A program made the position numbers and the translations under genes. DNA of 64,000 nucleotides. It comes from the human T2T-CHM13v2.0 reference genome, Homo sapiens. Position 1 is the first letter of the stretch, and the number at the start of each line of letters is the position of its first letter. The notes under the pieces were generated by a model. The model was not told the origin of the DNA. It worked only from the letters and a program-made list of their open reading frames with translations, and ran no database searches. Where the stretch lies: the NCBI RefSeq assembly GCF_009914755.1, contig NC_060926.1. One strand, given 5' to 3'. This document shows, one piece after another, positions 12,472 to 29,076 of the stretch.

Positions 12472-14318
12472 AATAGCAGTGTCTTTTGTGGTCATTCATG
12501 AACATGCTCAGAAATCAAAAATTTGAGTTGCCTGCTGCCCATTTTCCCTGCTGAGGTCAAGCAGGACAATGTTCTGCCTTCTTTGCTTCAGCTTTCATAC
12601 TGTGAATGTTTCCTTTTCACAGTCTTTTAATACCACATTTTTCTAATTCTTTGCTTTTGGTTGGTAATTTTGCTATTTAAAATGGCCCCCAAGTGTAGTG
12701 CTGAGGTGCTGTCTAATGTTCCTAAACGTAAGACCAGTGTGATGTGCCTTACAGGGAAAAAAATACGTTAAAATAAGCTTTGTTCAAGCACGAGTTATAA
12801 TGCTATCTGTACATATTTTGAAACAAAATAATGCTATTTGTGAGTTCAATGTCAATATTTAAACAATTTATAATAAATACTATGTCCTTCAACAGAGGCA
12901 CATGTAAAAGATTATATTATGGATCGGTTGATGAAAATAAAATGTTGTGACCAGAAGCCTGCAAGAACCTAACCTTGTACATCCCCTAGGAGTAATGATT
13001 TAGTATTCACTAATTCAATTGTCTAGGTAACTTTACTGAATGGAACTACTGCAAATAATGAAAATCAACTGTATTTGAAAAAGGCAAATTGATTAATAAT
13101 CCCAGAAATCTAAATCCAACAACATTAAGCTGCATTTTTTTAAACCTATCAGATTTGGAAAAATATTTTTTTAAAAAAGTTCATCAGTGTTAAGGAGAGA
13201 ATTGTTAAATTAAGCCTGTGATAAAATTATAGGCTGATACAGACTTTTGAAAAGGCAAATTGATAATATGCATATTACAAAATTCTTTACAAATTTGTAC
13301 TAATACTATGGAAATCACTAGCTCTGTGGACAAACCTTCTCTCTATAAAGTTGTTAATTATACTTTTATTCCTAAAAGAAACAAACACATAAAACTAACT
13401 TTTAATTTTCTCCATTTCACATTTAAGTGAAGGCAGAACACTGGTCTTTTCAAAAATAGGAAGCAAGAAATTGCTGGCAAGAAAAAAATCTCTATCAAAG
13501 CACACAGTGAACCAAAGAGATTTACTGCTTTCAGAGCAACTAAAAAGCTCAGTTAAAACAAACCAACAAAAAGACTATGGGTGTTTCTTAAATAAAGATC
13601 CACTAAAAAGCTTTCTTAAATAAGCAATAAAAAAAATGAGGGTGACTTGCCTTAAAACAAGAACTCACATGAAGTATTTAGCCAACACAATGCTGAATAA
13701 AGGTTCTTTTAAATAACAATTGATTCATTTGGTCCCTTTAAAAACAATTTTAAAATCTTTTCTTAAAGTTTGTACAACTGCTTAGTTTTAATGGTCTAGC
13801 ATTTTAATTCTATACTGTATGAGGTTTGCAATTCATTTTTTTTTAAGTTCTACTTCTTTGAAAGGGTTTTATTATTATGCAGAACCAACACTGGTACCTC
13901 ACCTCTGGAAATAGATGCTAAAATGTATGGAAAGATGGTGTTTAAAAATGTAAATATTTTACTCTTAAATTCATGGCAGAAAAATTATTTTAATGTTAAT
14001 TTATATTAATTTTAAATGCAAAAAAGCTATTAATATTTCCCCAACTTGAAAGAAGTCATGATAATTATATTGTCATTTCTCTTTCCTCACATACTTATAC
14101 TACTTATTGGTAGCAGTCACTATTAGGACACTCAGATACAAAGATACAGTAATATAAATGAAACTAGTCTAAGTTCAGCTGTTAGAAAACTCATGCAATT
14201 TTAAAGCAACATTATCTATTCCCCGAAATTCTAAATAGCATTTATTTAACAGGTCATTCTATGTATGGAGCTATCATGAAATATGAAAAACAATTCAATT
14301 TTAAAATGTCACGAATTA

Positions 14319-15055
14319 TGGTGAAGCAGGAGAATTCACTGACCCCCTCACAGGACTTGCCACAGGGGTGTGGCTCGTTTGCTCGGCTGCCATGTGCTCA
14401 AACCCCTTATGGGAGAGGGGGCACACAGGCAGGCAGGTGCAGGAGCCAGGGCAACCTCTTTTGGGCTCTGGCCCCATGGTAGCGTCTAAGGGTGTGCTAC
14501 AATTAATGCTCTTTTAACAGTTGCCTCCGTGGACAGCTAAGTGTTAAATCAGCTTAGCGAAAAGTCAGGGTGACAGTCTTTTACACCCTGCTCTCTTGGT
14601 ACCCAGGTCCTTGTCTGGTGGCCAGGAAGAATCAGGTCACTCAGACTTAGATGATGAATTCAGGGATTTTACTGAGTGATGGAGGTGGCTGTCAGTGGGG
14701 TGGAAGGGAAGCTGGAAAGGGGATGGAGTGTGAAGACGATCTTCCCCTGGAATTTGGCCTTTCATGGCTGATCTCCTGACTGTCTGTAGCAAAACTCCTC
14801 TTGATATTCAGATGCCCCTTCTCTTCTCTCCTCTGTCATACCAATCTGCCGATCTGCCAGTGGAAGTTGGGGTTTATATGAACAAAGGATAGGGGTGTGG
14901 TGGGTCAGAGTAGTCTTGGAAAAGGCAATATTAGAGTGTGAAAACAGGAATGCCTCTTCCCATTTAGGGCCATGGGTTTCCAGGCTTGAAGGTGGGGCCT
15001 TTCCTGGGGAACTGCCCTCTTCTACCCAGCATTTCCCTGCCTCCTGTTTGTATAA
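14319..15055 (-). mobile_element. MER52/LTR27/LTR28-group ERV1 solo LTR
   Basis: The minus strand begins ...acaggaggcagggaaatgctgggtagaagagggcagttcccc.ggaaaggccccacc, the recalled 5' end of this group. It is a GC-rich block. Confidence 0.8.
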
Positions 15056-15711
15056 ATTGTCAGAGGAAAATTCGTAATTAAGTGTGTGGGTGCGTCCATA
15101 TGTGCACATACACACATACATGTCATGAAAACAGGCATACTAATGCAAAAAAAAAAAATTTATTTTTAAATCAGGGGCATCCCAAAGCTCTCCTTGATTC
15201 TATTGAAACCGCACCCTTGAGGGTAGTTATCTCTCTAACACACTTGTAGTAATGTACACTCCTTTCCGAAGGAAACAAAACAAACATGACGGAAAGTAAA
15301 ACCAATGAAGCAAAAATACAATGTAGGAGTGTCCATTTTCTAGAACTTGCACATATTTTGAAACAAAATTATAGTATGGTCATAGTGGATAATGTTCTTT
15401 GGTCTTTATATTCTTTTTCTGAAAGAAAAAAAAAAAGCATGTGGACTTTCAAGGATTATAGTTACTCGAAGCCATATCTTAAACATGGCCTTGTGATTTG
15501 ACTCCTCTCCTTCATCATTCCAGACTGTTCTTACTACATAGTCCAAGAGTAGGCTAAAGATCAGCACACACACAACATGTGATAGGAATAGACAAGGATT
15601 CAATAAACCCAGATAATACCCTGGACACTACTGCTACTAATTTTCTGAGGTTGCAGGCTCATCCCATTCCAAGAACATTCCAATTCACTTAAATAGGACT
15701 TTGCAAAATGA

Positions 15712-16052
<341 letters not shown>

Positions 16053-19000
16053 TGACTAGCATTTTTAAAGGCAGAGATGGGGTGTGGTTGGAAGGCTTAT
16101 GAGCCAGAAAAAAACTAAAGAATTTTCATTTTGCTTTCACACACCCTAATTAAATGGGTTGATTCACAGTCTTCTTACATCCTAAAACAACATGAAAGCA
16201 TCGTAAGAGAATGATTAAATAGAATGTATATGTATTCCCCATGTATTGCCTGCATTAGGGTACTAATTCTGATCATGACACCAAAAAGCAATTTCATTAT
16301 AAATAAAAATAATGGAGAGTTTTCTTTTTTCCTGTGAAACTTATTTAAAGAATGAGTTCTTTAAATAGCAGTATGTTTATTTTGACAATGTGAAATTAAA
16401 TGTGACAGTCATTTTAGATTCCTAAAGTAAAAAAACTGTATAATACATTCATATACTCTAGCCTATTACAGTGATTTGTTATTATATTAAAATCTGTAAC
16501 AATTATGAGAGGAAACGTTTTCATTTTAAAATAAAGATACTAAGTGCATAACTTATTAAATGATGGAAATTGAATTAAAATTTGTAACTGTATGTTCACA
16601 AAGAAGTAAAGCAAATACTCAGTGTTGTTTTTTGTTCTTTTAAAAATCGTTTCTGTTAATATTCCTAGGCAATTTAGGTAAATCCAATATGGAAGTCAAG
16701 TAATCCAGATAATTGTTCTTATTCCCCTTCTAATAGCCGTATAATCATCTTTAACTTAAATTTTAATGAGGCTTATCCAGTCATGTGCTACATGTTTTAA
16801 GTTTCCCAGTTTTAATTACTAACTTAGTAGGCTCGCCATCCCCATGATAGTGCCCAAAAACCTTTACCAAATCCCAGGGGCTCCTTAGAAGGTAGTATGG
16901 AAACCAGTATCATCTTTATTTTTATAATAGAAAAAATTGACGTCTGAAGTATGTATTTGATTTCCTTGAAGTAATACAGGCAGGAACAGATCTGAATGAT
17001 TTTTTTTTTCTATAAACTCTGCCTTTTCTAATCTCACCTTGACAAAAACCATTTTGTCCAACAAAGACTGGAAAGTATATTTTACTCTTATTTCTACGAG
17101 ATGACTTTCCATAGTCTTACCACACATTGATTGTATATTGGATTTTCCTTGGATTGCATATTTTATGTGATAGTGTGTTTTCAGTATTGCAGCTCATTTT
17201 GCAACACCCTGACCACTTGTATAACTTTGTTAGTTCGTGGGTAACATTATCTGTCCATTCAGTTTACATCTCTCAGTTTTATAAGATATTTTATTAAAAT
17301 CTTCCTTAATCATTTTTTCTAGATGTATTAATAACGATTACAAGCAAATTCAGGAATGCCCCAAGTATCTTTTCATTTATCATTGACTTTTGTCACTAAC
17401 ACTTTTCTATCTCCATATCAATATAACTGAAGTGATTTCTTCTATTTTATAAATAGAAAGATAATATTGCCTCTGTAGGATAAGAATTACATGTTTGGCT
17501 ACTTCATTTTTTTTTTTTTTTTAACAATTCAAAAGAATCATTTTAAGTGTGGTTGAGTTTAAATACTACTGTTCTTAGAGATAATTCTTGGTGTTTTGTG
17601 TCACTTTTAGTGGAGTTTCTTTTAAAACACTAGTACTGTAGTCTTTAAACATGCTTTTAAATCAGGTTGAATCAGATATCAAGGGACAGATGGCAAGTAG
17701 TTTTAATCAGAATGATTTAATAGAAAGTGGAGAAAATGAAAAATAAGAAAGCAATTACACAAAAATTAGAAGGTTTAAAAAAATCACAGATAGACCCTAT
17801 CACAATAGTTTAAATTTATTAGACTACCTCACCACTTTCTGTCTCCAATTACACAGTGATTTTTAACTTCGTGGTTAAGGAATGTTGAGCTGATAATTGG
17901 GGTAAATAATACAACATTTTAAAATCTGAGTATTTGTAGACAAATAATTTCAAGAGGTAAAATTGAAGAGCAATGCTTTAGTGTGGTTCCAAGTAAGCAA
18001 TGGAGTTAGCAGCATTTTTAACCAAATCCTTCAAATCATGCAAGTTTGAAAAATATCGAGGCAATGGGTCATTCCCTGGCATGAGTATGCTCTTAAGATA
18101 TATTATTTGTTTCTAAGTCTGTTAAAACTCACTAAATCTTAAAAATAAGCATTTGGTTTGTCCTTACAAAAATACATTTAGACTTCCCTTGGATGTCTCT
18201 TTCATATAACTCATCATCATATATGTCTTCCTTGCTCCAATAAGTTACTTGAGTGCAGGAACTAAACTGTCTTTGTTCAGTGCTTAACTCCCAACATCAA
18301 GGAAAAAGCCTGGTACATTATTCTTGATTAAAACTTTGTACCAAACAAATGCATTAATTACTATACATGGAAACTGTGTATAGGATGGAATATTTTAATG
18401 CATTCAGAGATAAAAGGTAAAGTTTTGATGCTTCAAAAATATTCAATGTTCAGTTTGCACTAATTTTTTTAAACCTATAAATGGCTGCCAATTATTTTAT
18501 AGATAAAGGAAAAAAACAGCAGAAACAAAAACTCTTCTTGATTTTTGTTTCAGGCAGTTATATTTATCACATCTTATTACAAAACTTTGATTATCCCTTG
18601 TAGATGCACCTCCAAAAAAATTATAGTTTATTTCCTACCAGGTATACCACTTGTTTCCTTTCTGAGATTAGTTAACTTTTCAACTTTCATTTTAACAAAA
18701 CACATCATTCTATTTCTAATAATTGGTCAAGAGCTGACTTTTTTGTAAACTAGTTCTTGTTTTTCAAGCTCTCTATGGACCATATGAAATGTAATGGATA
18801 GAAATTGCCTACATATCTCATTTTCTGAGAGCGAAGAGATTGAAATAAGTAGTACATTTCACTGAATCAAATTCAATGGCCTAATAAGAACAATTTTAAA
18901 AGGATATCAAATGCACACTCTGGACCACACTGTATTCTAAACATTTATTCCACACATTATTTAGTTTTTAACTGTCACAATAATCTAGTGAGATAGTTAT

Positions 19001-19984
19001 TATCTTCAATTAAGAGATGAGGTATCTAAGCATTTTATTTCCCTTTTTTTCTTTTGAATTCCTATAAAGGAATTTATAAAGATTATAATCATAATAATAT
19101 TAAGGTTAATAAATTCTCAAAGCTCAAAACAGACATACAAACATGTCCTTTAAGTTCAAAGCAGCGTTAAGAAATACAGCAATGTCATTCAAGAATTCTG
19201 GAATTCTACATAGATATAGTTAAAAAAAAGAAAAAAGTCTGCCTTCTCAGCAGATAGCTAAGATTTCCATATTGCAGGCTAACTGCTCAGGCGGTTAATT
19301 TGCACTAATCAGCTGGAGACAAGAAGAGAGAAAATTACAGTAACTTGATGAGTTAATTTTGTGTTTTACACTCATTGTCTTCCTGGTTGCTAAATGCTCC
19401 ATCTTTAACACAATTTTGAGATAATATAGACGCCCTTGTTCAAAACCAGGAAACATATTTGTGACCTGTTAAAATCATCCGTAAGTTTTTTTCACTCAAT
19501 TGTCCTAAAAGAGAGAATAAAGCCTTCTAAACTGAAAAGGAATAAGAAAAGAAAGGTCTTAGGGCTTTTCCAAATCCCCACAACGTTGTACTGTATAACA
19601 TTTTCCCTCTACAGACTCTCCAAATTTTATTTAGGGGTCTCTATGCATTCTCTTTCAAAACATTTGCTAGATATTCTAAAAGTTTTCAATTAAAAATGAG
19701 GCAGCAAGCATATTTGTCTCATACTAAAGTGAGAGAGGGAGGAATACAATTTCACACTCACTTGGGATATGACTACATCTTCTTCCCAAAGGATTGAATC
19801 ACGTATGCCATTGTCATGCATGTACTCTATCATGGTCTCAAGATTACTGGATCAAAGTACTTTAGTGACAAAGGAAAAGCACATTGTCCTGAAGAAATCT
19901 AAAGCACTAAATCAAAAATAACTAATGCATGTCTTGATAACATTTTAAAGACAAAAACATCCTTCGATGTTAAACCCAAGAGGT

Positions 19985-20018
19985 TGTGTGTGTGTGTGTG
20001 TGTGTCTGTGTGTGTGTG
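19985..20018. repeat. (TG)n microsatellite, interrupted
   Basis: Direct observation. Confidence 0.9.
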
Positions 20019-21324
20019 TTAATTCAACTCAACTCAGAAAATCCATTAAGTATCTGTTATGTATAAAGAACTGTGCTCACAGAGCAGGGGATAAAGAGAT
20101 GTGTAAGGCACAGACTTGGCCTAAGAAGGGTCTTTCATGTGATTTTCAACAAGCAAATGAGTCATCTATCACACTGAAGATCCATAATAATCATATGTTG
20201 TATTCTAGCAAATGATTATCAAAAATACTTTTCAGGATTTAGAGGAAAAAAAGTTTTATTTTGTTTTATTTTTAAATAAAAGCTGGTAGGAAATGCTCAA
20301 TAATTTAGAAATAAGCTGCAGTATGGGTACCTTCCACTTATTACAACTCTTCATTGAGTGACAGAGGTTCTAGGAGGAAGAGCAGACATTTAACCCACTG
20401 ACAGGCAAGGAATTTCAGATTTGAAATTATCTTTTTAAACAAATCAAGGCATGGACAAAAGCAATTTACTTTATATGAAATACTTGCTCTTTGTAATGTA
20501 CTCAAACCCTCAATGAAGGATATTCATTTCTAGTTTATTTTTTGTTGTTGAGAATTTAATAGAAAAGGCTTTGATGATGTGACTTTTGTCTATTAATTTT
20601 GCAAATGAATTTGGTGGCCATATATTAGTAATAAGGGTTTTTTAAAATTATTTTTTATGCCTGGGTTTACTCCTCTCTAAAATGGGTATCATTATGTTGA
20701 AGAATACGAAATTGACAATATTTGACTATTTTAACCTACACATAAGGCAATTTCAATGCAAAAATTCTATCTCAGATATATTATGATTATATCAAATAGA
20801 AAATCTTTTGTGAAAGTGTTTTGTAAACTCTAAATAGCTATCTGATATAAATAAGGTAATAAGATCGAACATTGACAAATTCATTTTCAGATTTATAATG
20901 AATCTGAAGTTTCTGGTAGTTTTACTTTTAACTTTAAAGTTTTATAATTTTATTTTTCTAAAGTAGGTCTAACATTTTGCTCTAAAAGAAGAATATGTGA
21001 AACCAAGGCAATCCATTCTTCAGAGAGCTGTTTGTTTTACTTTACTCATTTAGCTATATAGGCCAAGTTATTGTGAGACTCCTGATAGGAATTTGAAACA
21101 AGTGGTTACAGTCAGAAAATATGAGGTATTAAGTAAGATGCTTCTCAATTCAACTGCACATTGCAGAGTCCACCATGCATTGCACACTGCAACTCTGCCC
21201 TAATAGCTTCTGACAATGATAAAAAAAATAACATTAATTACTTTATTGGGAACAATTTGAGGGTTGGTTAGCTTCTGGGCTAAGCAATTTATATATTTTA
21301 GAATGCACAGGCCCTTAAAAGAGG

Positions 21325-21500
21325 AAGTTGGTTTGGATTCAAATCTAAGCGGTGCATTTACCACCTATGCGACACTGGCAAGTAATTAATCTGTGTAAAT
21401 CTCAGTTTCCTCATCCATGAAATGAAAAAATTAAGAGTAAAGCCTCATGGAGTTATTGTCAGATTTAAATGCAATAATCCATGTGAGTGTTAAACTCCGC
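21325..21500 (+). mobile_element. MIR
   Basis: ggattcaaatct...ggcaagtaattaatct...ctcagtttcctcatc...gagttattgtcagatttaaatg. Confidence 0.75.
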
Positions 21501-21667
21501 CTGTTTAGAAGCGTCTATAAATCCTATCATGAATCTGATATTTCAGAAATAACACAGTAGACTATGTATGAGGATTTTATAACATCATCCCATCCAACCT
21601 TCATCTCAGAAAGGAGTATATCATTTAATCACTTATGGTTAGGGCACAGACATAGAAAGTAAATATC

Positions 21668-23537
<1,870 letters not shown>

Positions 23538-26295
23538 AGAAAGTAAATCCTTAAAACAACAGTTTCTTTGCTTTGGCACCAGATGGTGATTGTGTCTTTT
23601 TTAGTAACTTTTACAATACTAGATTTGGCCTCTTTTAAGAAGTAAAATGTTAAATATGCATATTTAATTGATAGTGTCTTTTCTTCACTATTTCAAATGA
23701 TTTATTAATCTGGTATCTGGTTAATTTTAGTTAGATAATTAATAAATATTTTAAAAGCATCTATGTTTTGAAAACTGATATTCTACACAAATTTTAAACT
23801 AGCTACTATTCTGTAAATATGCTCTCTACTATTATGCAGAATTATAACATATAATGATTAAGAGTTATATTTTGTTTGGGAGCTATTGAATTTGCACACA
23901 TCTGCCTAAATAACATAACTTAAAACTACCTTCTTCACAAAAATGGCTCATTAGCCAGTTAAATATTCCAATCCAACAGTTCATTTTCATAATTAAAATT
24001 CTCACGTTTTTGACATAGCCAACTACTTCTCTTTACTCACGATTTCCTAGTTTCAATTCATTAAACTGTCCTTTGCTCTTTCCCTAGTCTCTTAAGCACT
24101 TTGCTATTTGAAATCATAAAGTATAAAAATTTAAAGTATAAAATAAATGCATTTCCTAAAAATTTGGCAAACTTACTGTGGCACATCTCAGCTGGGATTA
24201 GTTCTATAAGTGATAGAGTAAATTGTTAGTTATTTTTTGGAAGAAGAAATGAATATGTCTAATTTTTTAGGAAGAGTGAATAAGAGGGAGAGAGAATATG
24301 AGAGAAGTGAGAAAAGAAAAGTAAATAAAACACATTTCTTTATTTGCTAATTTATTTTTCCATTTAAAGTCTGACTACTTAGATAACAAAATAAAACTTT
24401 CATAAAATATGAAACAAAAGCATAAAAGTGGTGGCCAAGAGAGGCCCAGAATTGATAGTGAAATAAAGTAGGTGAACTCACCAAATTTAGGAAATTGTTT
24501 GCATAGTTTATGTGTTTGACTCCCAAGGCCACTGAACAGAGTTTAAAAATGACTTTCTTATTTCTTTTCTCCTCCTTTACCTTCCTTCCTCTTTTGTATT
24601 GTTGCATCGCTCACAAGAGCTATGATAGTTAGAATGCTTTTAAGAAGCTCAAAAAATATAGAATATGTTCTTGCTCTTTCATTTTTGGTACATAGCCATA
24701 TTAATTTCGCTTGCAAAGCAATTCCATGACATTCTACTTCTTGTCATTTTTCTACTATTTTATGGTTCCAAAGTTCTCCTTTTTCATTGTGCTAAGACCT
24801 TAATTCCATGATCTCACTTACCTAATTTTACCCTTTTGAACTAACCTAACTTTTCCAGCTTACCTTTTACAATGTTTAAACTGGGATAAAGAAATTCTGT
24901 GTACATCATTGAAGAGATGGAGTGACAAATGAAAAAAAAAAAAAAAAGAAAAAAATACTTTAAAGAGCCCATTAAAAGGTACAAAACAATCTCATTGAAT
25001 CTCAAATTCAGCCAATTTTTCATATTTTGAAAAACATTTAAAAGCAGCTTTGTTAAATTAATAGATAGGGAAAAGACTCAGTTCTTTTTTCTATTTTTAT
25101 TGATGTATATGCATATCTTGAGAGAGCTGGAAGAGATGGATTGTATGCATATATACAGAAAGATTACAGAGTCAGCCGTGTCTGTTTTCTGGACCACTAA
25201 CCTTCCACCTTTCCCTTTGTGGTGTGTCAGTCTAGTGAACCAGAAAATCAAACCCTGTTTGTCACAATCAATACCTAGGTGCTTTAGAAAATAATAAAAC
25301 AAAAGATATGGAAATGAAAAGGGAAAACTATCATTTAAAGAATTAACTGGCTTAAAACAATAGAACTTAAACCAAAAATATCTAGAGAATAAGGAACCAT
25401 ATATAAAATTTGGATACCCAAGACAAGTATCTTCTTTGGAAAAAATAAAGGGAATCATTTTGAAGAAACAGGATTAAAAACCTTCTGCAATTTATATTTT
25501 ATGCAAACTTGCTATGTTGACCCCTTCAAACCAGCAGGTTGCTAGCGACATCTGTTCAGAGTTTAAAAGATCCATGGCTCATTTCTTCTTTCCCATTTTT
25601 TGAAAATGTCATGGATAGAAGATAGAATGCAGGGACAGTTACAGCAGTGAGCCCATGCATACACAAGATATTCTAGAATGTTGGAAAAATTTTGAGACAG
25701 AAAGAATGCAGAGAAAGAAGATAGGAAGTGCATTTTAATAATCATGGCTGATGATGCTAGCATTCTCTTAGTTTATTTCTAATTTTTTGACTTTCTTTTA
25801 CCAGGTAGCCAGAACAATCCTTTAGAGGTTCTATTTACTTCTCCACTGACACGCCCTTGCACAGTGAAGGCACACACTATCTTTGCTGATATGCTCTAGC
25901 TAAGAACTAGCTGCAGTGTAGCAATCCAGTAGTACTGTGTCTCACAATGGGAGAAACGGCTCCCAGCACATAAATATCTTCTCTCTGTGTACTTTATCCT
26001 TATTTAGGTCAGGCATTTAGGAGAAGTTTAAGAATCATGGGCTCAGGCTCTATACCTATAAGGTTTTACCCATCCCATTTTTTAATCTTGTCTGTAACTC
26101 CTTTCAAATGCAAAAAAAAAAAAAAAAAACAAAAAACCTCCACTAAGCCTTTTAAAATTAATTTCTGTCATCAGCAAAATTCTGTGATTGGTGATTGTTA
26201 ACCTCTTCTTAACATGCTTTTCAGCTCTTCTGCTTTCCCTTAAACCTGGCTCACCCTTGAGGACATGGGCTTGGCTGAGCCCTCTCAATTGATAG

Positions 26296-26607
<312 letters not shown>

Positions 26608-27135
26608 TTTAATAGCTATTTTCCAACCATACCGCTACTCTTCTTCCTCGCCATTCGATTCTAGAGGAGGGCACTCAGTAGAAACTCATTGCAACTTCCA
26701 GATTATTTTCCTTCCCTTGTCTGGAAAATTCCCTGCTCTTCTATTTCAGGTCCTCTAAGGACATCTATTATCCCTCCTTGTTGCAGTCATTTCTTGACTC
26801 TCAAGCCTGGAACTTCATTGAAGTTTTTTTTCTTCCTTACTCAGTCCCCAAAACTTTTTCTGCTTCATTCTTCATGATGTTACTGCATCTGAAGACACTT
26901 TTTCAACACAATAGCCTCTTGGTCCTTTACCTTTTCTTCACCCAAGATCATATCCAATCAGCCACTCTTATGGTTACAATCAAAATTCTGTCATTACCAA
27001 AATATGTGCTCTCTCCAAACATTAAATTTAAAGAATCCCATTCTATGAACACAGCTTCCCTTTTTACTAGCTCAGGTTCCCTAGTACCTCAATCCAACAA
27101 GCCTCCAACCCCTAATATGATGATTAATTCATTTT

Positions 27136-27871
27136 TCTTCTTTTCTTTTAAATTATACTTTAAGTTCTAGGATACACATGCAGAACATACAGGTTACATA
27201 GGTATACATGTGCCATGGTGGTTTGCTGCACCCATCAACCTGCCATCTACATTAGGTATTTCTCCTAATGCTATCCCTCCCCCACCCCTCACCCCACAAT
27301 AGGCCCCAGTGTGTGATGTTCCCCTCCCTGTGTCCATGTGTTCTCATTGTTCAGCTCTCACTTATGAGTGAGAACACGCGGTGTTTGGTTTTCTATGCCT
27401 GTGTTAGCTTGCTGAGAATGATGGCCAGTCATTAGAGAAATGCAAATTAAAACCACAATGAGATACCATCTTACACCAGTTAGAATGGTGATAATTAAAA
27501 AGTCGGGAAACAATAGATGCTGGAGAGGATGTGGACAGATAGGAACGCTTTTACATTGTTGGTGGGAGTGTAAATTAGTCCAACCATTATGGAAGACAGT
27601 GTAGTGACTCCTCAAGGATCTAGAACCAGGAATACCATTTGACCCAGCAATCTCATTACTGTGTATATACCCAAAGGATTAGAAATCATTCTACTATAAA
27701 GACAGATGCACACGTATGTTTATTGCAGCACTATTCACAATAGTAAAGACTTGGAACCAACCCAAATGCCCATCAGTAATAGACTGGATAAGGGAAATGT
27801 GGCACATATACACCATGGAATACTATGCAGCCATAAAAAAGGATGAGTTCATGTCTTTGCAGGGACATGGA
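27136..27871 (-). mobile_element. 5'-inverted (twin-primed) L1PA (about L1PA7-like)
   Basis: 27136-27425 is poly-T plus L1 3' UTR on the minus strand. 27426-27871 is upstream L1 sequence on the plus strand. 14-bp TSD gattaattcatttt at 27122-27135 and 27870-27883. Confidence 0.93.
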
Positions 27872-28261
27872 TTAATTCATTTTCAGCTGTCCTACATCTC
27901 CTCCTCTGCACACTTAATTCTCTTCAATGGAGTTTAAGTTTCATGTCCAATCATTTGGTTACTATATTAAATACATCCTCAACTTCTCTCTCTCTTTATG
28001 GTTCAATTACCTGGCTCTGTAAATTTACCTACAAAGGTAAACTGGTTTAAAAAAATCACGCTAAGAGTCTCATTTTACTTTTATGATCACTATCTTAGTA
28101 GTCACATCAATTACACTCTATTTTCCTGGTTTACTCTCTCTAGCTCTCTGAGATAGTCCTATTCAAAGCATGTCCCTTGACTTACATGAGTCCACGAACT
28201 GTGAGCTACCAGATACAATAAGATATGTGGTGAAATTATGAGAAATCATTTGAAATTTTTA

Positions 28262-28420
28262 AATTATTTATTATTTTTTAGAGACATGTTTTTGCTATAT
28301 TGCCTAGGCTAGAAGCAATCACAGCTCATTGTAACCTCAAACACCTGAGCTCAAGAGATCCTCCTGCCTCAGGCTCCCAAAGGATGTTAAGATTCCAGCC
28401 ATGAGCCACAATGCCTGGCC
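28262..28420 (-). mobile_element. Free Alu monomer (FAM/FLAM/FRAM-type)
   Basis: Diverged single Alu arm ending ...atgcctggcc, with flanking repeat tcatttgaa. Confidence 0.8.
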
Positions 28421-28882
28421 TTCATTTGAATAATTTTATAGCAACATAACAGAGTAATTTATGTTTGGATTTGTATTATGTATGTCTTTTTAGATTTTTA
28501 TTTTTTGAATAATTAATTTACGGAAGTTTCAATCCTTCACTAGTTGGAAACCAAGTAACAGAACAAAACAACAACAACAAAAGGTTTTGGATCTTCACTA
28601 CAGATAGTTCGAGACACACTGTTTTAGATCAAGTATTTCAATTTATGGTTAACAATTTCTCTCCTCTGATTCATCCTGTACTGATGTCACCCCAGTCAGG
28701 TCCTACATAATCTGTTCCCTAGATTTATTTCTCTGATCTTCTGTTCACTCCCTCACTTACTCCACTCTAGTCATGCTGTTCTCCCTTACTGTTCTTCCAA
28801 CGCACCAAGTTTCTTCCAGCAGCTCTTTGAGAATAATAAAAAACAAGTAAAGTAAAGCAGGACTAGAAAGAAACTACCTTAA

Positions 28883-29076
<194 letters not shown>

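Larger units (their letters stand above)
11610..13071 (+). mobile_element. MER82-like Tigger DNA transposon (MITE), split by a nested LTR and Alu
   Basis: Terminal inverted repeats cagttaatcctcattattcacag... and ...ctgcaaataatgaaaatcaactg, with TA target duplications at 11608-11609 and 13072-13073. Confidence 0.85.

Noticed and set aside
13074-13264. Near-identical ~19-bp direct repeat tttgaaaa(a)ggcaaattgat about 170 bp apart
   Set aside because: It is A/T-rich and lies in a degraded L1M. The enclosed sequence has no tail or termini supporting a TSD, so chance cannot be excluded.
16885-17127. Minus-strand ORF containing a good donor (aag|gtgaga near 17038)
   Set aside because: No matching acceptor or protein similarity.
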